Origin: Squalus acanthias | Lineage: Eukaryota | Length of the DNA stretch: 64,000 bases | Reading direction: 5' to 3' | Assembly: GCA_030390025.1 (NCBI GenBank) | Contig: CM059432.1 | Location: 85,686,001 to 85,750,000 of the forward strand | Shown here: positions 25,100 through 37,544 of the stretch, in pieces | Numbering within the stretch: the first letter of the stretch is position 1 | Layout: every line of letters begins with the position of its first letter | The notes under the pieces: generated by a model | The model's input: the letters and a program-made list of their open reading frames with translations, nothing else | Database searches by the model: none | Told to the model about the DNA's origin: nothing | Program-made: the position numbers and the translations under genes

Positions 25100-26463
25100 G
25101 TCCATGGCACGTTTATTCTCCACTCGAGCCTCCTCCCATCCTTCCTCATCTAACTATCAGCATAACCCTCTATTCCCTTTGCCATCATATGCTTATCTAG
25201 CCTCCCCTTAAATGCATCTATACTATTCGCCTCAACTGCTCCCTGTGGTAGCGAGTTCAACATTCTCACCACTCTCAGGGAATTCAGAAGAAACTTCTTT
25301 TCCCAATTTGATTTCTTGGTGATTATCTTATATTGATGGCCTCTAGTTTTGTTCTTCCCCAAAAGTGGAAACACTCTATCAAAACCTTTCACAATTTTAA
25401 AGGTCCCTATTAGGTCACCCATCGGCCTTCTCTTTTCAAGAGAAAAGAGACCCAGCCTGTTCATCGTTTCCTGATGGGTATAACCTCGCAGTTCTGGTAC
25501 CATCCTTGTAAATCTTTTGGGCACCCACTCCAGTGCCTCTATATCCTTTTTTATAATATGGCGACCAGAATTGTACACAGTACTTCGTGTGGTCTAACCA
25601 AGGTTCGTTTCCCTGAAGCTGACTAGTTTGATTGCTCCAGGGGCAGCACCATAGTGGTAGTATATCGTGCATGATTTCTTTGACTGTGCTGTGTTGGGAA
25701 TGTGGGATGTATTTCCTGAGAACTGACTCATGCAGTGTTATGTACAGAGGCCTAGGAATAGGTTGCTTGCCAATCTTACCCACCTGAGAATAGGTGCAAA
25801 GATGGAGGGAAATAAAAATATACATTTTTAAAAATGGGATTTTTAACAATAGTGCCGAGTGTGTTGCTGTTGAAAATTGTACGAAGAGTTTTATATAGAG
25901 AACAGTTCAACATCTATTATAGAATGTTCCATGAGTGTATTGAGCCCTTTCAAAAAACCCAGTTAGTTGGCCCCCTCTCCTGAGGGTGTATGCAGACAGT
26001 CTCTGCTCTTTTGAGGAGTGTGTACGTTTAAGGAAGTGATTTTAACTCTAGCAAGGATTTTGTGTTTTGGAGGTGAGAGTCTTAACGTTGCTGAGGACAG
26101 TGTGAAAGTGACTGGTGTCTCAACTGTGCTTAGGATTTGTATGGGCAGGGGTCCCTACACTTCTAATAGATGGGAGTGCACAACTCTGCTGAGGAAGATC
26201 AACAAAGAGGGCTGATGTAACTGTTCTGTTAGTTGGCATTTCAGCAACGGAGGTGGCAAAGAAAAAGTTTAATCAAAACTGTACAGAAATGTCAAAGTTT
26301 TATATTCCATCAAACGGTCCTTTCTGGTCTACCAGGTTTAGCATGGCATATAAATAAACGCATCTTTTAATTGAGGCACAGACACTTCTGGATTCTAATG
26401 GACAACATCAGAAAGTCTTGTGCTTTTATCAAAATCACTTTTAAAAGCTTTCTTGTTTTGTAG

Positions 26464-26559
26464 AGTGTGGTGGTCTGTATGGAGAAGGGAGACTTCAAGA
26501 AAGCTTCTAAAGTTCTGGAACGACAATTTCAAGAAAACATATCCTCTGAGTCAGACCAG
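26464..26559 (+). CDS. TERF1: TERF1 exon 4
   Basis: SVVVCMEKGDFKKASKVLERQFQENISSESDQ aligns with human AIAVCMENGNFKEAEEVFERIF. TAG acceptor, GTATTT donor, phase 0-0. Confidence 0.94.
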
Positions 26560-26761
26560 GTATTTGTGTTTCCGATCTCTTGTGTTTAAAGATGTCACAG
26601 CGCACCTCACATTTCTAGCAGCAGATTTTCTGCAAAGTGTCACATACAGCAGTTTAGTTCTATTGATTTCTGAGGCAAAGTTATTTACTTTTCATAATCT
26701 GTTTTTGTGTAGATCTTTGGTGTTTTACTGATCATTTTGCTTACTTTGTTTTGTTTTCCAG

Positions 26762-26911
26762 TCTTTAAAAAGGAAGCTATCCTTGATTATCAGCAAGAAA
26801 GATCCATACCATAAATTTCTTAACAACTTCAGTAACAAACGATTAGTAGACAGTGCTGAGTCTCTTGCTAAAAGAATGCTAAGTGAGAAAACGTCAAACT
26901 TCCTTTTTCAA
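26762..26911 (+). CDS. TERF1: TERF1 exon 5
   Basis: SLKRKLSLIISKKDPYHKFLNNFSNKRLVDSAESLAKRMLSEKTSNFLFQ aligns with human KSKLLMIISQKDTFHSFFQHFS. 150 nt, GTAAGT donor. Confidence 0.95.
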
Positions 26912-26974
26912 GTAAGTGCAACTTGCATCATCCAGCTGATTACTTTGTGTTCTCCTCACAGCTTACTTTCCCAC

Positions 26975-29900
26975 CTAGCTTTGTATCGGCGACAAACTTA
27001 GATACATTGCACTCGGTCCCTTCATCTAAGTTATTAATATAGATTGTAAATAGCTGAAGCTGAGGCCGAAGCACTGATCCTTGCAGCACCCCACTAGTTA
27101 CTGCCTGCCAGCCTGAAAATTACCCGTTTATCCCTACTCTGTTTTCTGTCTGTTAACCAATCTTCTCTCCGTGTTAATATATTACCCCCAACCCCATGAG
27201 CCCTTATCCTGCATAGCAACCTTTTAAGTGGCACTTGATAGAATGCTTTTTGGAAATCCAAATATACTACAGCCACTGGTTCCCCTTTACCCTGCTAGTT
27301 ACATCCTCAAAAAACTCGATTTCCCTTTCGTAAAACGATGTTGACTCTGCCTAATCATATTACGATTTTTAAGTGCCCTGTTACCACTTCCTTAAAAATG
27401 GATTCCAGCATTTTCCAGACAACTGATGTCAGGCTAACTGGCCTGTAGTTCTGTGTTTTCTCTCCCTCCTTTCTTGAATAGTGGGATTACATTTGCTACC
27501 TGCCAATCCGCTAGGACTGTTCCAGAATCATGGGGATTTTGGAAGATCACAACCAAAGCATCCACCTCTTTTAGAACCCTAGGATGTAGGCCATCAGATA
27601 CAGGGTATTTGTCGGCATTTAGTCCCATTAGTTTCCCAAGTACTTTTTCCCTACTGATCTTACTTACTTGAAGTTCCTCACTCTCATTATCCCCTTGGTT
27701 CCCCACTGTTTTTGTTATGCTTTTTGTGTCTTCTACTGTGAAGACAGATACAAATTATTTGTTTAAAGTCTCTGCCTTTTCCTTATTCTCCATTTATAAT
27801 TTCTCCTGTCTCAGCCACTAAGGGACCAACGCTTACTTTTGCTACTGTCTTCCTTTTTACATACTTGTAGAAGCTCTTGCAATCTGTTTTTATATTTCTT
27901 GCTAGTTTACCCTCATTCCATTTTCTCCCTTTTATCAATTTTTTTTTTGGTCATCCTTTGCTGGTTTCTAAAGCTCTTCCAATCCTCAAGCTTACTACTA
28001 TTCTTTGCAACATTGTAAGTCTCTCTTAATCTAACACTATCCTTAACTTCTTTATTTAGCCACGGATGGCTCACTTTTCCCATGGAGTTTTTATTTCTCA
28101 ATGGAATGTATATTCATTGAGAATTTTAGAATATTTCTTTAAATGTTTGCCACTGCTTATCTACCATCATTCCTTTTTAATCTAATTTCCAAATCTACCG
28201 TAGCCAACTCGCCCCTCATACCAATGTAATTGGCTTTATTTAAGTTTAAGACTCTAGTTTTGTACTTGAGTATTTCACTCTCAAACTTAATGTCAAATTC
28301 TAACGTATTATGATCACTCTTCCCCAGAGGATGCTTTACTATGAGATTACTAATTAGCCCTGTCTCATTACACAATACAAGATCTAAAATAGCCTGTTCC
28401 CTGGTTGGTTCCACGACATATTGTTCTAGGAAACTGCCTCCAATGCATTCCATAAACTCGTCCTCCAGACTACCTTTGCCAATTTGATTTGCCCAGCCTC
28501 TATGAAGATTAATGTCCCCCACGATTATTGCATTACCTTTGTTACAAGGTCGTATTATTTGTTGATTAATACTCTGTCCAACGGTATAGCTACTGTTAGA
28601 GGCCCCTATAAAGTACTCTCACCAGTGTTTTCTGCCCCTTGTTATTTCCTGTCTCCACCCATACTGATTCTACTTCCTGATCTTCCGAGCCAAGATTCTT
28701 TCTCACTACTGTACTTATGTCATCCTTTATTATCAGGGCTACCACTCTCCTTTTCCATTCTGCCTGTCTTTTCGAAATGTCAAGTACCCTGAAATATTTA
28801 GTTCCCAACCTTGGTCACCTTGCAACTACGTCTCTGTAATGGCTATTAGATCAAACCCATTTATCTCTATTTGTGCCACTAATTCGTCTGTCTTGTTACG
28901 AATGCTTCGTGCATTCAAATAAAGAGCTTTTAATTTAAATTTTTTACCATTATTCCCTGATGCACTATGACCATTAACCTCTCTGTCCCTTCCTGCCACA
29001 CTCTGCTTATCTTTACCCAAATCGCTACACTGCTCCATTGCCTTGACCTTTCTCTCTAGATTTCTAAACCTCCCCTCGCCTCAACCCCCCCACCCTTTTT
29101 AATTTAATGCCTATCTACAGCCCTAGTTATTCACTTCGCCAGGACACTGGTCCCAGCCCAGTTTAAGTGGAGCCCGTCCCAAAGGAACAGCTCCCTCTCT
29201 CCCCAGGACTGATGCCAGTGCCCGATGAATTGAAAACCCCTCCCTCCCACACCACTCCTTGAGCCATGCATTTAACTCTCTGATCTGCTTGTCCCTATGC
29301 TAATTTGCACATGGCTCGGGTAACAATCCATCCAGAGATTATTACCTTTTTGAGGTTCTGCTTTTTAATTTGGACTCTAGCTCCTCAAACTGACTCAGCA
29401 GAACCTCATTCCTTCTTCTACCTACATCATTGGTTCCCACGTGGACCACGACAGCTGCATCCCCCACCCCCCCTCCAAAATCTTTTCTAGTTGCGAGGAG
29501 ATATCCTTAACCCTCGCACCGGGCAGGCAAAACAGACTTCGGAACTCCCGGTCGCGGCTGCAGAGAACAGTATCTATCCTTCTGACTATACTTTCCCCTA
29601 CCACTACAACATTCCTTTTCACTCTTTTTCCCTCCCCCCCACCCCCCCCCCCCACACACACTTGAATAGCCTCCTGTACCACAATGCTGTGGCCAGTTTG
29701 CTCATTCACCCTGCAGACTTTGCACTCCTCCACACCGATAGCAAGAACCTCGTACCTTTTGGATAAGGGCAAAGGCTGAGGCTCCTCCAGCGCTGCACCT
29801 GGGGTCCACTTACCTCTCTGAGTCGCAGTCACACCCTCCTGTCCCTGACCACTAACCAGACCTGTACCTAACCTAAGGGGTGTGACTGCCTCCTGGACCA

Positions 29901-30075
29901 GTGTCCAGGTAACTTTCTCCCTCCCTGATGCCCTGCAACGTCTGCACCTCGGACTCCAGCTCAACAACTCTTGAGCTGAAGTTCCCTGAGTTGCAGACAC
30001 TTACTGCAGACGTGGTCGTCCGGGATCACGATGTCTCCACAAACATGCTGCAATTGAGGCATACCAGCTGCACTG
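26975..30075 (-). mobile_element. CR1 LINE (ORF1 plus most of ORF2), decayed
   Basis: FCLPGARVKD, LNARSIRNK...DLIAITET, LGKSDHN, DGLHPRVLKE, YLDFQKAF. Same subfamily as 22479-24163, in the opposite orientation. Confidence 0.9.
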
Positions 30076-30184
30076 TCTTGTCTAATATTTCTGTTTCTTT
30101 ATATGTAGAGGAAGTAATCACTTAACATGCTAACTATTCCAAGTTCGTCCTCCATTTTGGCCATATTATACATGCTTCCCATTT

Positions 30185-30591
30185 CATAGAAACATAGAAG
30201 ATAGGAGCAGGAGTAGGCCATTCGGCCCCTCGAGCCTGCTCCGCCATTTAATGAGATCATGGCTGATCATCCAAATTCAGTACCCTGTCCCTGCTTTCTC
30301 CCCATATCCCTTGATCCCCTTAGCCTTTAAGAAATATATCTAACTCCTTCTTGAATATATTTAATGAATTGGACTCAACTGTCTTCTGCGGTAGAGAATT
30401 CCACAGGTTCACCACACTCTGGGTGAAGAAATTCCTCCTCATCTCAGTCCTAAATGGCTTACCCCTTATCTTTTAGACTGTGACCCCTGGTTCTGGACTC
30501 CCCCGCCATCGGGAATATCCTTCCTGCATCTAGTCTGTCTAGTCCTGTTAGAATGTTATAAGTTTCAATGAGATCCCCTCTCATTCTTCTC
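30185..30591 (-). mobile_element. CR1 LINE 3' end
   Basis: CATAGAAACATAGAA tail and terminal hairpin; RRMRGDLIETY coding remnant. Confidence 0.88.
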
Positions 30592-31413
30592 CTTTCTCAA
30601 GCCAAGATAAAAGTAAGCATAAGCTTTCTTTGCTGGCTGGGACTGCACTTGGAATTTCATATATATTTTCACTAATAAATTCAGGGGAGTGATTTGAATA
30701 ATTTACTGCCCGATGACTGCTGCCTAAAGACTTCCCTGACTCTCCGCCTTCCATCATCAGTGACTACCAAGGCCCTTGCATCACCATCAAGACCACCTAG
30801 CTCATGCAGCCCCTAGGCCTGCTATTGATATCTCCCACTTCTGGCCCTTGCCTCAACATTAATGCTTAATGTGGCAATTGGGATATGATGGCACAAAAAT
30901 CATTAATTGGTAGGTTTGCTGTAAAAAGTCCCAATAAAGACAAATGGTATTAGTCCCAAAATCTGGCTATTGGAAAACAAAATGACAATGTATTGAACTA
31001 CAAGAGCCAAGTGTCCTTTATTTTTAGAAACAGGATGACTTAAGTCTCTATGAATGGAATTCAAACATGTTCATTATTGATTTAACAGTTTATCAGTAGC
31101 ATGTTTCCACTGACACTGAAAGTATTTTTTAAGCACAACAAGCCAGCCCTGCTCTGATGGGCTCACAACATGCTCTGATTTTTTTTTTTTAAAGCAAACC
31201 AGGGTTTGTGTTTGAGTTGTCTTTAAAAGTGAATATCTAGCAATAGTTGAGATCCTTTTTCTTCCTAAAAACAATTCCTTTTTTTTTTTAAACAGGAGGG
31301 AAAATACAGAAATATTTTCTGACATAATACAGGGTTGAACCCATGTCCATCGCAGCCACATTTAACCATGCTAGAGAGACTGATAATGTAGCTAGCTATC
31401 TTTTTGTTTTCAG

Positions 31414-31508
31414 GCAGCAACCAAAGTGGTGCAGTCCAAAACGAAGAGAGATGCAAACCTGGACAGTTCTGGAGATGAGAGTAATTATGAACACCAGCAT
31501 GGAAAATG
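31414..31508 (+). CDS. TERF1: TERF1 exon 6
   Basis: AATKVVQSKTKRDANLDSSGDESNYEHQHGK aligns with human AAAKVVESKR. TTTTCAG acceptor, TG|GTAAGC donor, phase 0-2. Confidence 0.9.
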
Positions 31509-32299
31509 GTAAGCGTGCTAGATACTGATGAAGCAATTGTATTTGAAAGGTGAAGATCAAGCCTTACTTTAAACTATGGTAAATAAGTAGGTACTCTGTT
31601 TTGAATTGTTGTTTTTGCTGATTTTTGTGTCCCCATCTGCAAAATAAAAACTATTTGCTTGGGGTGAAAAATGCAATGGTGTTTTTTGAACTGTCACTGG
31701 ATGAAAGGTGGAGCTATCAAAGGTAAAAATTGGCATCTTGGGCTTGAGGTACATGAAGAAACTGTCTTAGCATAGTTAAAAGAAACACAATTTTCTTTGC
31801 CCTCCTCGTGGTGTAGGTGAAGTGAAACTAGGTTATATTAAAGTAGAATAATTAACGAGAGCGAGAGAGAGGATTGAATGATGAGTGGAGGTAGCCATTG
31901 ATATAGATACGGAACAGACTGGCAGAAAGAATAGAGCCTTGGAGGATCTGAATTGATACAAAAAGTCACAGGATAAATTGTCAAATAGACCATAGAGCAA
32001 TATTGCACAAAACCAGACAGCCGAAAATGCTTAACTTCATGCTTAACTTGCACACTACTTCAACATGTTATGAAAATAAAGTGTGCGAATTCTTAGAACC
32101 CTTTCAGCATCTTTTAACTGGCTCTTTGAAGATTGTAACACAGGTGCCTCATCACTCTATGGAGTCTTGCCTCACTGCCGTGATGTGGGAGGACAAAGCT
32201 GTTGTTGCAAATAAAGCTGTAACCTAAAGATGGTGAAAAGCCTGCCATATATATCAAACCAAGTAATCTCTGAACAAAGAACTGTCGTTGAATCCAGTT

Positions 32300-33870
32300 C
32301 AATGACTGTAGCACCCCCATCTCTTCCTAGTTTTTCTCCCATTTCCCCCATGCCATCTCCAAGCTCGTCTAGTCTGAGACCCAGCTTCTGCTCCCTCAAT
32401 CCTATTCCCACTAAATTCCTGACTGCTTAATTTCCCTTCCTGGCTGTCATGATAGCTGACATAAATGGTTCCCTTTCCTTGGGAATTATCCCTTTACTTT
32501 TCAAAACTGCCGTCATCACCTTCCCTTAGAAAGAAAGCGCCTCAACCCCTTTGTCCTTACAAGCTACTGCCTCATCTGCAACCTTCCTTTCCTCTCCTTG
32601 AACATGTCACCTCCCACATCTGTGCCCCTCTTTCCCGCAACTCCAGTTTGAATCCCTCCAATCGGGTTTCCATCTCTCCCTTACTGAAACAGCCATTAAC
32701 CAGAGTCACAAATGACATTCTCTGTGACTATGCTGCATTATCCCTCTATCTTTTGACACAGTTGACTACACCATCCTCCCCCAATATTTCTCCTCCATTG
32801 TCCAGCTCAGTGGACTGCCTTTGTTTGGTTCCATTTTTATCTATACGATCATATCCAGATCATCTCTAGCAATGGATTTTCTTTCCACCCCTGCAGCATC
32901 GCCTTGGGAGTTGCACGAGGATCCAGTCTTGGCCCCGCTCTTCCTCATCTACATGCTGACCCTTGGCAACTCCTCTGCAGACGTGGGGCCAGCATAACCT
33001 CTCCACCACCTCACTTTACCCCTCCAATGTGCAGTCAGATTGCTTGTCCAACATCCAGTCTTGGGTGAGCTACAGTTTCCTCCAGCTAAACATTGCGAAG
33101 ACTTCAGCCCTCCCCACAAATTGTGTACACTTTCCATTGATTCCACCCTGCACCCGACACTGTCTCAGGCTGGGCAATTTACTATGTTAAAGGTGCTATA
33201 TAAATGCAAGTTGCTGTAAACTAGACTGTTTGAAATTTTAGCATCCTATTCAACACCAATCTGAGCTTCCAACCCCATGTTGTCTACATCACATACACCA
33301 CCTCTATAACATTGCTCACCTCTACCTCTGCCCATTTGCCATTGAAACACTGATGCACGCCTCTAACCTTCAGACTTGATTGCTCCAATGCTATAGTGGC
33401 TGACCTCCATAAACTTCAGCTCATCCAAAACTCTGCTCTACGTATGCTACCCGCACCAATTTTCACTCGTCTATGGCTCCTGTCCTCGCTAACCTACATT
33501 GCCTCCTGGTCCTCCAGTACCTCAAATTTAAAATTCTCATTCTTGTGGTTAAATCTCTTCATGGCCTCAACACTCCCTATCTCTAACCTCCAACACTACA
33601 ACCCCTTCACCCTTCTCCCAAACTCTCCATTCCTCTGACTCCAGCATCTTGGGAATCCCTCTCCCTTTGCCCTGCTAGGCACATCTCTAGAATTACATCC
33701 CTAAACCCTCTGCCTCGCCCCCTCCCCTCTACTTCTTTAACACAGCTTTTGGACACCCCCTCTAATACTTCCTCCTTTGACTTGACATCCATTTTTTTCT
33801 CTTGCACCAACTTGGGATGTTTTTCTATGTTAAAAAGTGGTATACAAATGCAAGTTGTTTGTTGTTGAAC
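32300..33870 (+). mobile_element. Old L2 LINE RT/3' fragment
   Basis: SCSLNPIPTK, VTNDILCD, KLQLIQNSA remnants; L2 tail TATATAAATGCAAGTTG. Confidence 0.75.
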
Positions 33871-34217
33871 ATAGTCACTTGATGAGCAAATGTTCACACT
33901 TCATCCAAGCCTAGAATACCCATTAATGCTTTAATGAGGCTTAACCTGACTCCAGCATCTTGGGAGTCCCCCTCCCTGCCCTGCTAGGCCCATTTCTAGA
34001 ATTCCCTACCTAAACCCTCTACCTCGCCTATTTGATCTGTGAATTCAAGATCCTGGCTGGCATTTTTCAGATCCCTGGCACCAGTCCTCCATTTTGTACC
34101 TAGTAGGGCAAGACAGATTCCATCTTGAAACTTGTTCAAACATGTATATCTGGTGTAACAACAGAAAACGCTGGAAAAACTCAGCAGGCCAGGCAGCATC
34201 CGTGGAGAGAGAAAGAG

Positions 34218-34254
34218 AGTTAACGTTTCAGGTCGATGACCTTTCGTCAGAACT
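34218..34254 (-). ncRNA. Minimal type I hammerhead ribozyme motif (second Penelope family)
   Basis: Minus strand reads AGTT-CTGACGA-A-AGGTC-ATC-GACCT-GAAA-CGT-T-AACT; palindromic AACGTT helix III. Confidence 0.8.
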
Positions 34255-34521
34255 GTGACGAGCCGGAAATCAAATAGATTTAAGGCCAGAGTAAAGCTGG
34301 GAAAAGGGGGAGGGGATAAAGGAACAAAGGGGGAGATGAAGAGACATTAAGAGATATGCAAGGCTAGAGGTGGTGTTAATGTGACAGATTAAGGCTGAAA
34401 GAAGTGTGAAATCCACTGGCAGAATGAAGGACAGCTGCCAGCTTCTAGGAGGAAAAAAAAAGGTGGGGGGGGCAAATAAAAGGGTGGAAAAAATAAAATA
34501 TAAATGTGATTGGAGCTGAGG

Positions 34522-35140
34522 TTATGATCTAAAATTGTTGAACTCGATATTGAGTCCAGAGGGCTGTAGCGTGCCTAAACGAAAGATGAGGTGCTGTTCC
34601 TCAAGCTTACGCTGCGCTTCCGTGGAACAGTGTAATAGGCCGAGGACGGTGAGGTCAGAGTGGGAGTGAAGCGGTGAATTAAAGTGACAGGCCACCGGGA
34701 GCTCGGGGTCCCCCTTACGGACTGAACGGAGGTGTTCCGCAAAGCGGTCACCCAATCTGCGTTTGGTCTCCCCAATGTAGAGGAGACCACATCGTGAGCA
34801 GCGAATACAGTATACTAAATTGCAGGAAGTACAAGTAAATCGCTGTTTCACCTGGAAGGGGTGTTTGGGGCCCTGGACAGTGGGAAGAGGGGAGGTGTAA
34901 GGGCATGTGTTGCATCTCCTGCGCGTGCACGGGAAGGTGCCGGGCGAAGGGGAAGGGGTGCTGGGGGTGGTAGAGGAGTGGACAAGGGTGTCGCGGAGGG
35001 AGCGGTCCCTGCGGAATGCTGAAAGGGGAGGTGAGGGGAAGATGTGTTTGGTGGTGGGATCACGCTGGAGGTGGCGGAAATGGCGGAGGATGATCCGTTG
35101 AATGTGGAGGCTGGTGGGGTGAAAGGTGAGGACAAGGGTA
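34522..35140 (-). pseudogene. Penelope ORF C-terminus: linker, CCHH motif and GIY-YIG endonuclease; open but 5'-truncated
   Basis: LVLTFHP...AFRRDRSLRDTLVHS...PCTRRRCNTC...NLVYCIRCSRCGLLYIGETKRRLGDRFAEH...VACHF...GTLQPSGLN. Confidence 0.92.
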
Positions 35141-35681
35141 AATAAATCTATAGATTTTGTGTAGCTCATGGTGAGTCAGAGGTTTTTTGACAAGTAGTAT
35201 TATTGAGACAATGGAAGGGGGGGGTGAGGGGGCTGAATATTAGCAGTGTGGAGAAAGGTTCTGGGAGCACTGGGGAGGGAAGTGTTGGGGTCTGCGTGCT
35301 TTTGATTTGTCATCTTCATGTTGATATGTATTTCTATCTCCTGTACTCTTCTAATTCTCTCTTTTTCCTTCCACCTGCCCCCCCCCCCCCCGCCCCTTCC
35401 TGTCTTTCTGTATATGTGTATTCTATCTCACTCACATTATTTGGGGTGCCATGCAAAGCGCAAGTATGATGGTGAGAGGAGCTGCTGAGAGTTGAAGGTT
35501 GTTGAGTATGGGTGATGGCTGTCAATCGAAACATTGCAACTCATTTGGTACCTGAAACAGGACATCAGTCAATAATTTAATTGATTTACCCCTAGCCATC
35601 AACCTCCCAGGCTTATTAAATTTGCCCACCACAAGAGCAAAGTTATTAACCCCTTTTATTTAAAGAAATCTGCAGGACAAA

Positions 35682-37140
35682 TGTAGGGTGTTTTTGCGTG
35701 CCCCGTGTTTCTATGACTCTCCCTTGAGTCGACCCGTGCCTCAAACTCCCCAGTTTGGGTTGTTTCCCTTGGACGGCAGGAGCTTTTGCCAATGGTCCCT
35801 GCCCAGCCCGTCGATTAGCGGGTAATCCCACAGAGAGAGAGAGACCAAGGCCAGATAGGTCTTCTCCTATGCCCGATGCGCAGCGTCCCCAGCGGGATTA
35901 CTGTGTAACCCGGCCATGACCGCATGCCACCCGGTTGGTCTTCCGAATTATACCGCGAACCACAACCCCCAAGTTCGGACCCAAGGAGTTACTGTGGATA
36001 GATTATAATTGACTCAGACAAAACGAAACGGTTCAGGTTGGTCAAAGATCGATTCCTTTTATTACACACTCAAAACGACAATCCCTACTCCTCTCGCTTA
36101 CGGCATAACGAGTAGGTGACCGTGGACACTAGCTTATAACTTTAGACTAAAATGCCCACCCTGTTGGTTACGCCGAACCAACCCCTTCCCAGAATCTAAG
36201 CCTAGATAATGGAAAAACCCTTCTAACTAAACCCCTGTCCCGGTTTGGTCAGAACCCACACTTGGAAGCCTCCTCACGCACACGTTAGCCTGCGTCTTGG
36301 ACACTTGCAGTTCCTCAGCAGCCAAACACGCGGGCGGTCCTGGGGATTTCTAGAGGTGTATGCTGGATATAATTACCAGCCCTTGTCGTTGATTCACGTA
36401 GTCCCGGCTCCGTTCGACTCCAGAGACAAAACCGTGCCTAACAGAGGCCTGCGATGAGGCCTAGAGAGTTGCGTTCAGGCAGTACGACAAGGCACTCACT
36501 TCGGGCGTTCCTGGAGAGTTGACGGACGCCTAGTTACGCGGAGAACCCCGTCCCAGATGGTAGAGAAAGGCAAGCCCTGAGTCCCCAAAGTTCAGCATAT
36601 TTATACCCCATATAATACACAACTGGCTGGGCGATTCCTGGTTACCATGGTCGCAGAGATGCTAGTTGGTTTTCCTGGTGACGTCTGTGTCCTGGATTGG
36701 TCATCTTGATGAAAACAATGGTAGGCCATTACTGTAGATGAGCAGTTCTCGAATTGCTAACTGTTTGTTAAGTTCTTGACTGCTCCTTCATTGAAAGAGT
36801 CCAGAGGTGTTACTTTTGGCCTGCAAACCTCATTGTCCATCCAGACATCCCGGCTCCATGGACAAAAGGTGGTTTTCCCCAAATCTCACAAGTTCGACTA
36901 TGAAAAGGCTCCTGCCTTTCATGATGTCAACGTTGAGACTGGTCCCATGGCAACCCAAAAGACAGACAGTTCCTGCTATCTTCATAGAAACCAACAGTCA
37001 GTCCTTTTTAAAGTCCAAACTCCATTTTGAAACGCAGCCCAAGTGCATCTCCATTTTAAAAGGGTACATATCCATTTTAAAAGTCCAAAAATCCTTCAGG
37101 CACATGCACCCACTGATGTTGGCACCGGCCAAACCTTACA
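35682..37140 (-). mobile_element. Solo LTR (1459 bp) with 4-bp TSD
   Basis: Termini TGTAGGG / CCTTACA; CAAA at 35678-35681 and 37141-37144. Minus-strand CCAAT (about 36696), TATAAATA (about 36599-36606) and AATAAA (about 36058-36063). Confidence 0.7.
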
Positions 37141-37544
37141 CAAAGGAGATTTGGGAGCAAATCTAAATGGCAAGGGAGGAAGAAAAAAAAACTTGGCAGA
37201 GGTGGCCTGGGCGTGCAGAGAAAGCCAGCAAGAACAGTGCAGAAAGGCTTGGGAGAACAGAAAGAGCAATGAGAGTGGGGCTAAAGTGGTGAAGTAGCCT
37301 GAGATTTAGCAAGACCAGGGGTGAAGGCAAAGATTCATGAAGAGCACAGAACAGCTGCTGGAGAGATTTGAAATGAAAGTGCAGCAGAAGTGGTAGAGAT
37401 ACAATAGACTGCAAACAGACTGAGACTGGCTGCGGGCAACACTGAGTTGGAGGAAAGGCATGACAGTTAAAATTTGAATGGGATATAGGATTTCAGTGGG
37501 GCCACAGATTGGTGGAAAGTCCTTTGGAGGCACAAATCGATATA

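Larger units (their letters stand above)
24870..25604 (-). mobile_element. CR1 LINE 3' end, split by a Penelope mini-hairpin
   Basis: YCVQFWSPY, LFSLEKRR, TRGHQYK. The 3' UTR continues across 24911-25099. Confidence 0.85.
34157..35140 (-). mobile_element. 5'-truncated Penelope-like retroelement (GIY-YIG end plus 3' pLTR)
   Basis: GIY-YIG ORF, then a 3' UTR, a hammerhead motif and the GATGCTGCCTGGCCTGCTGAG tail. Confidence 0.92.
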
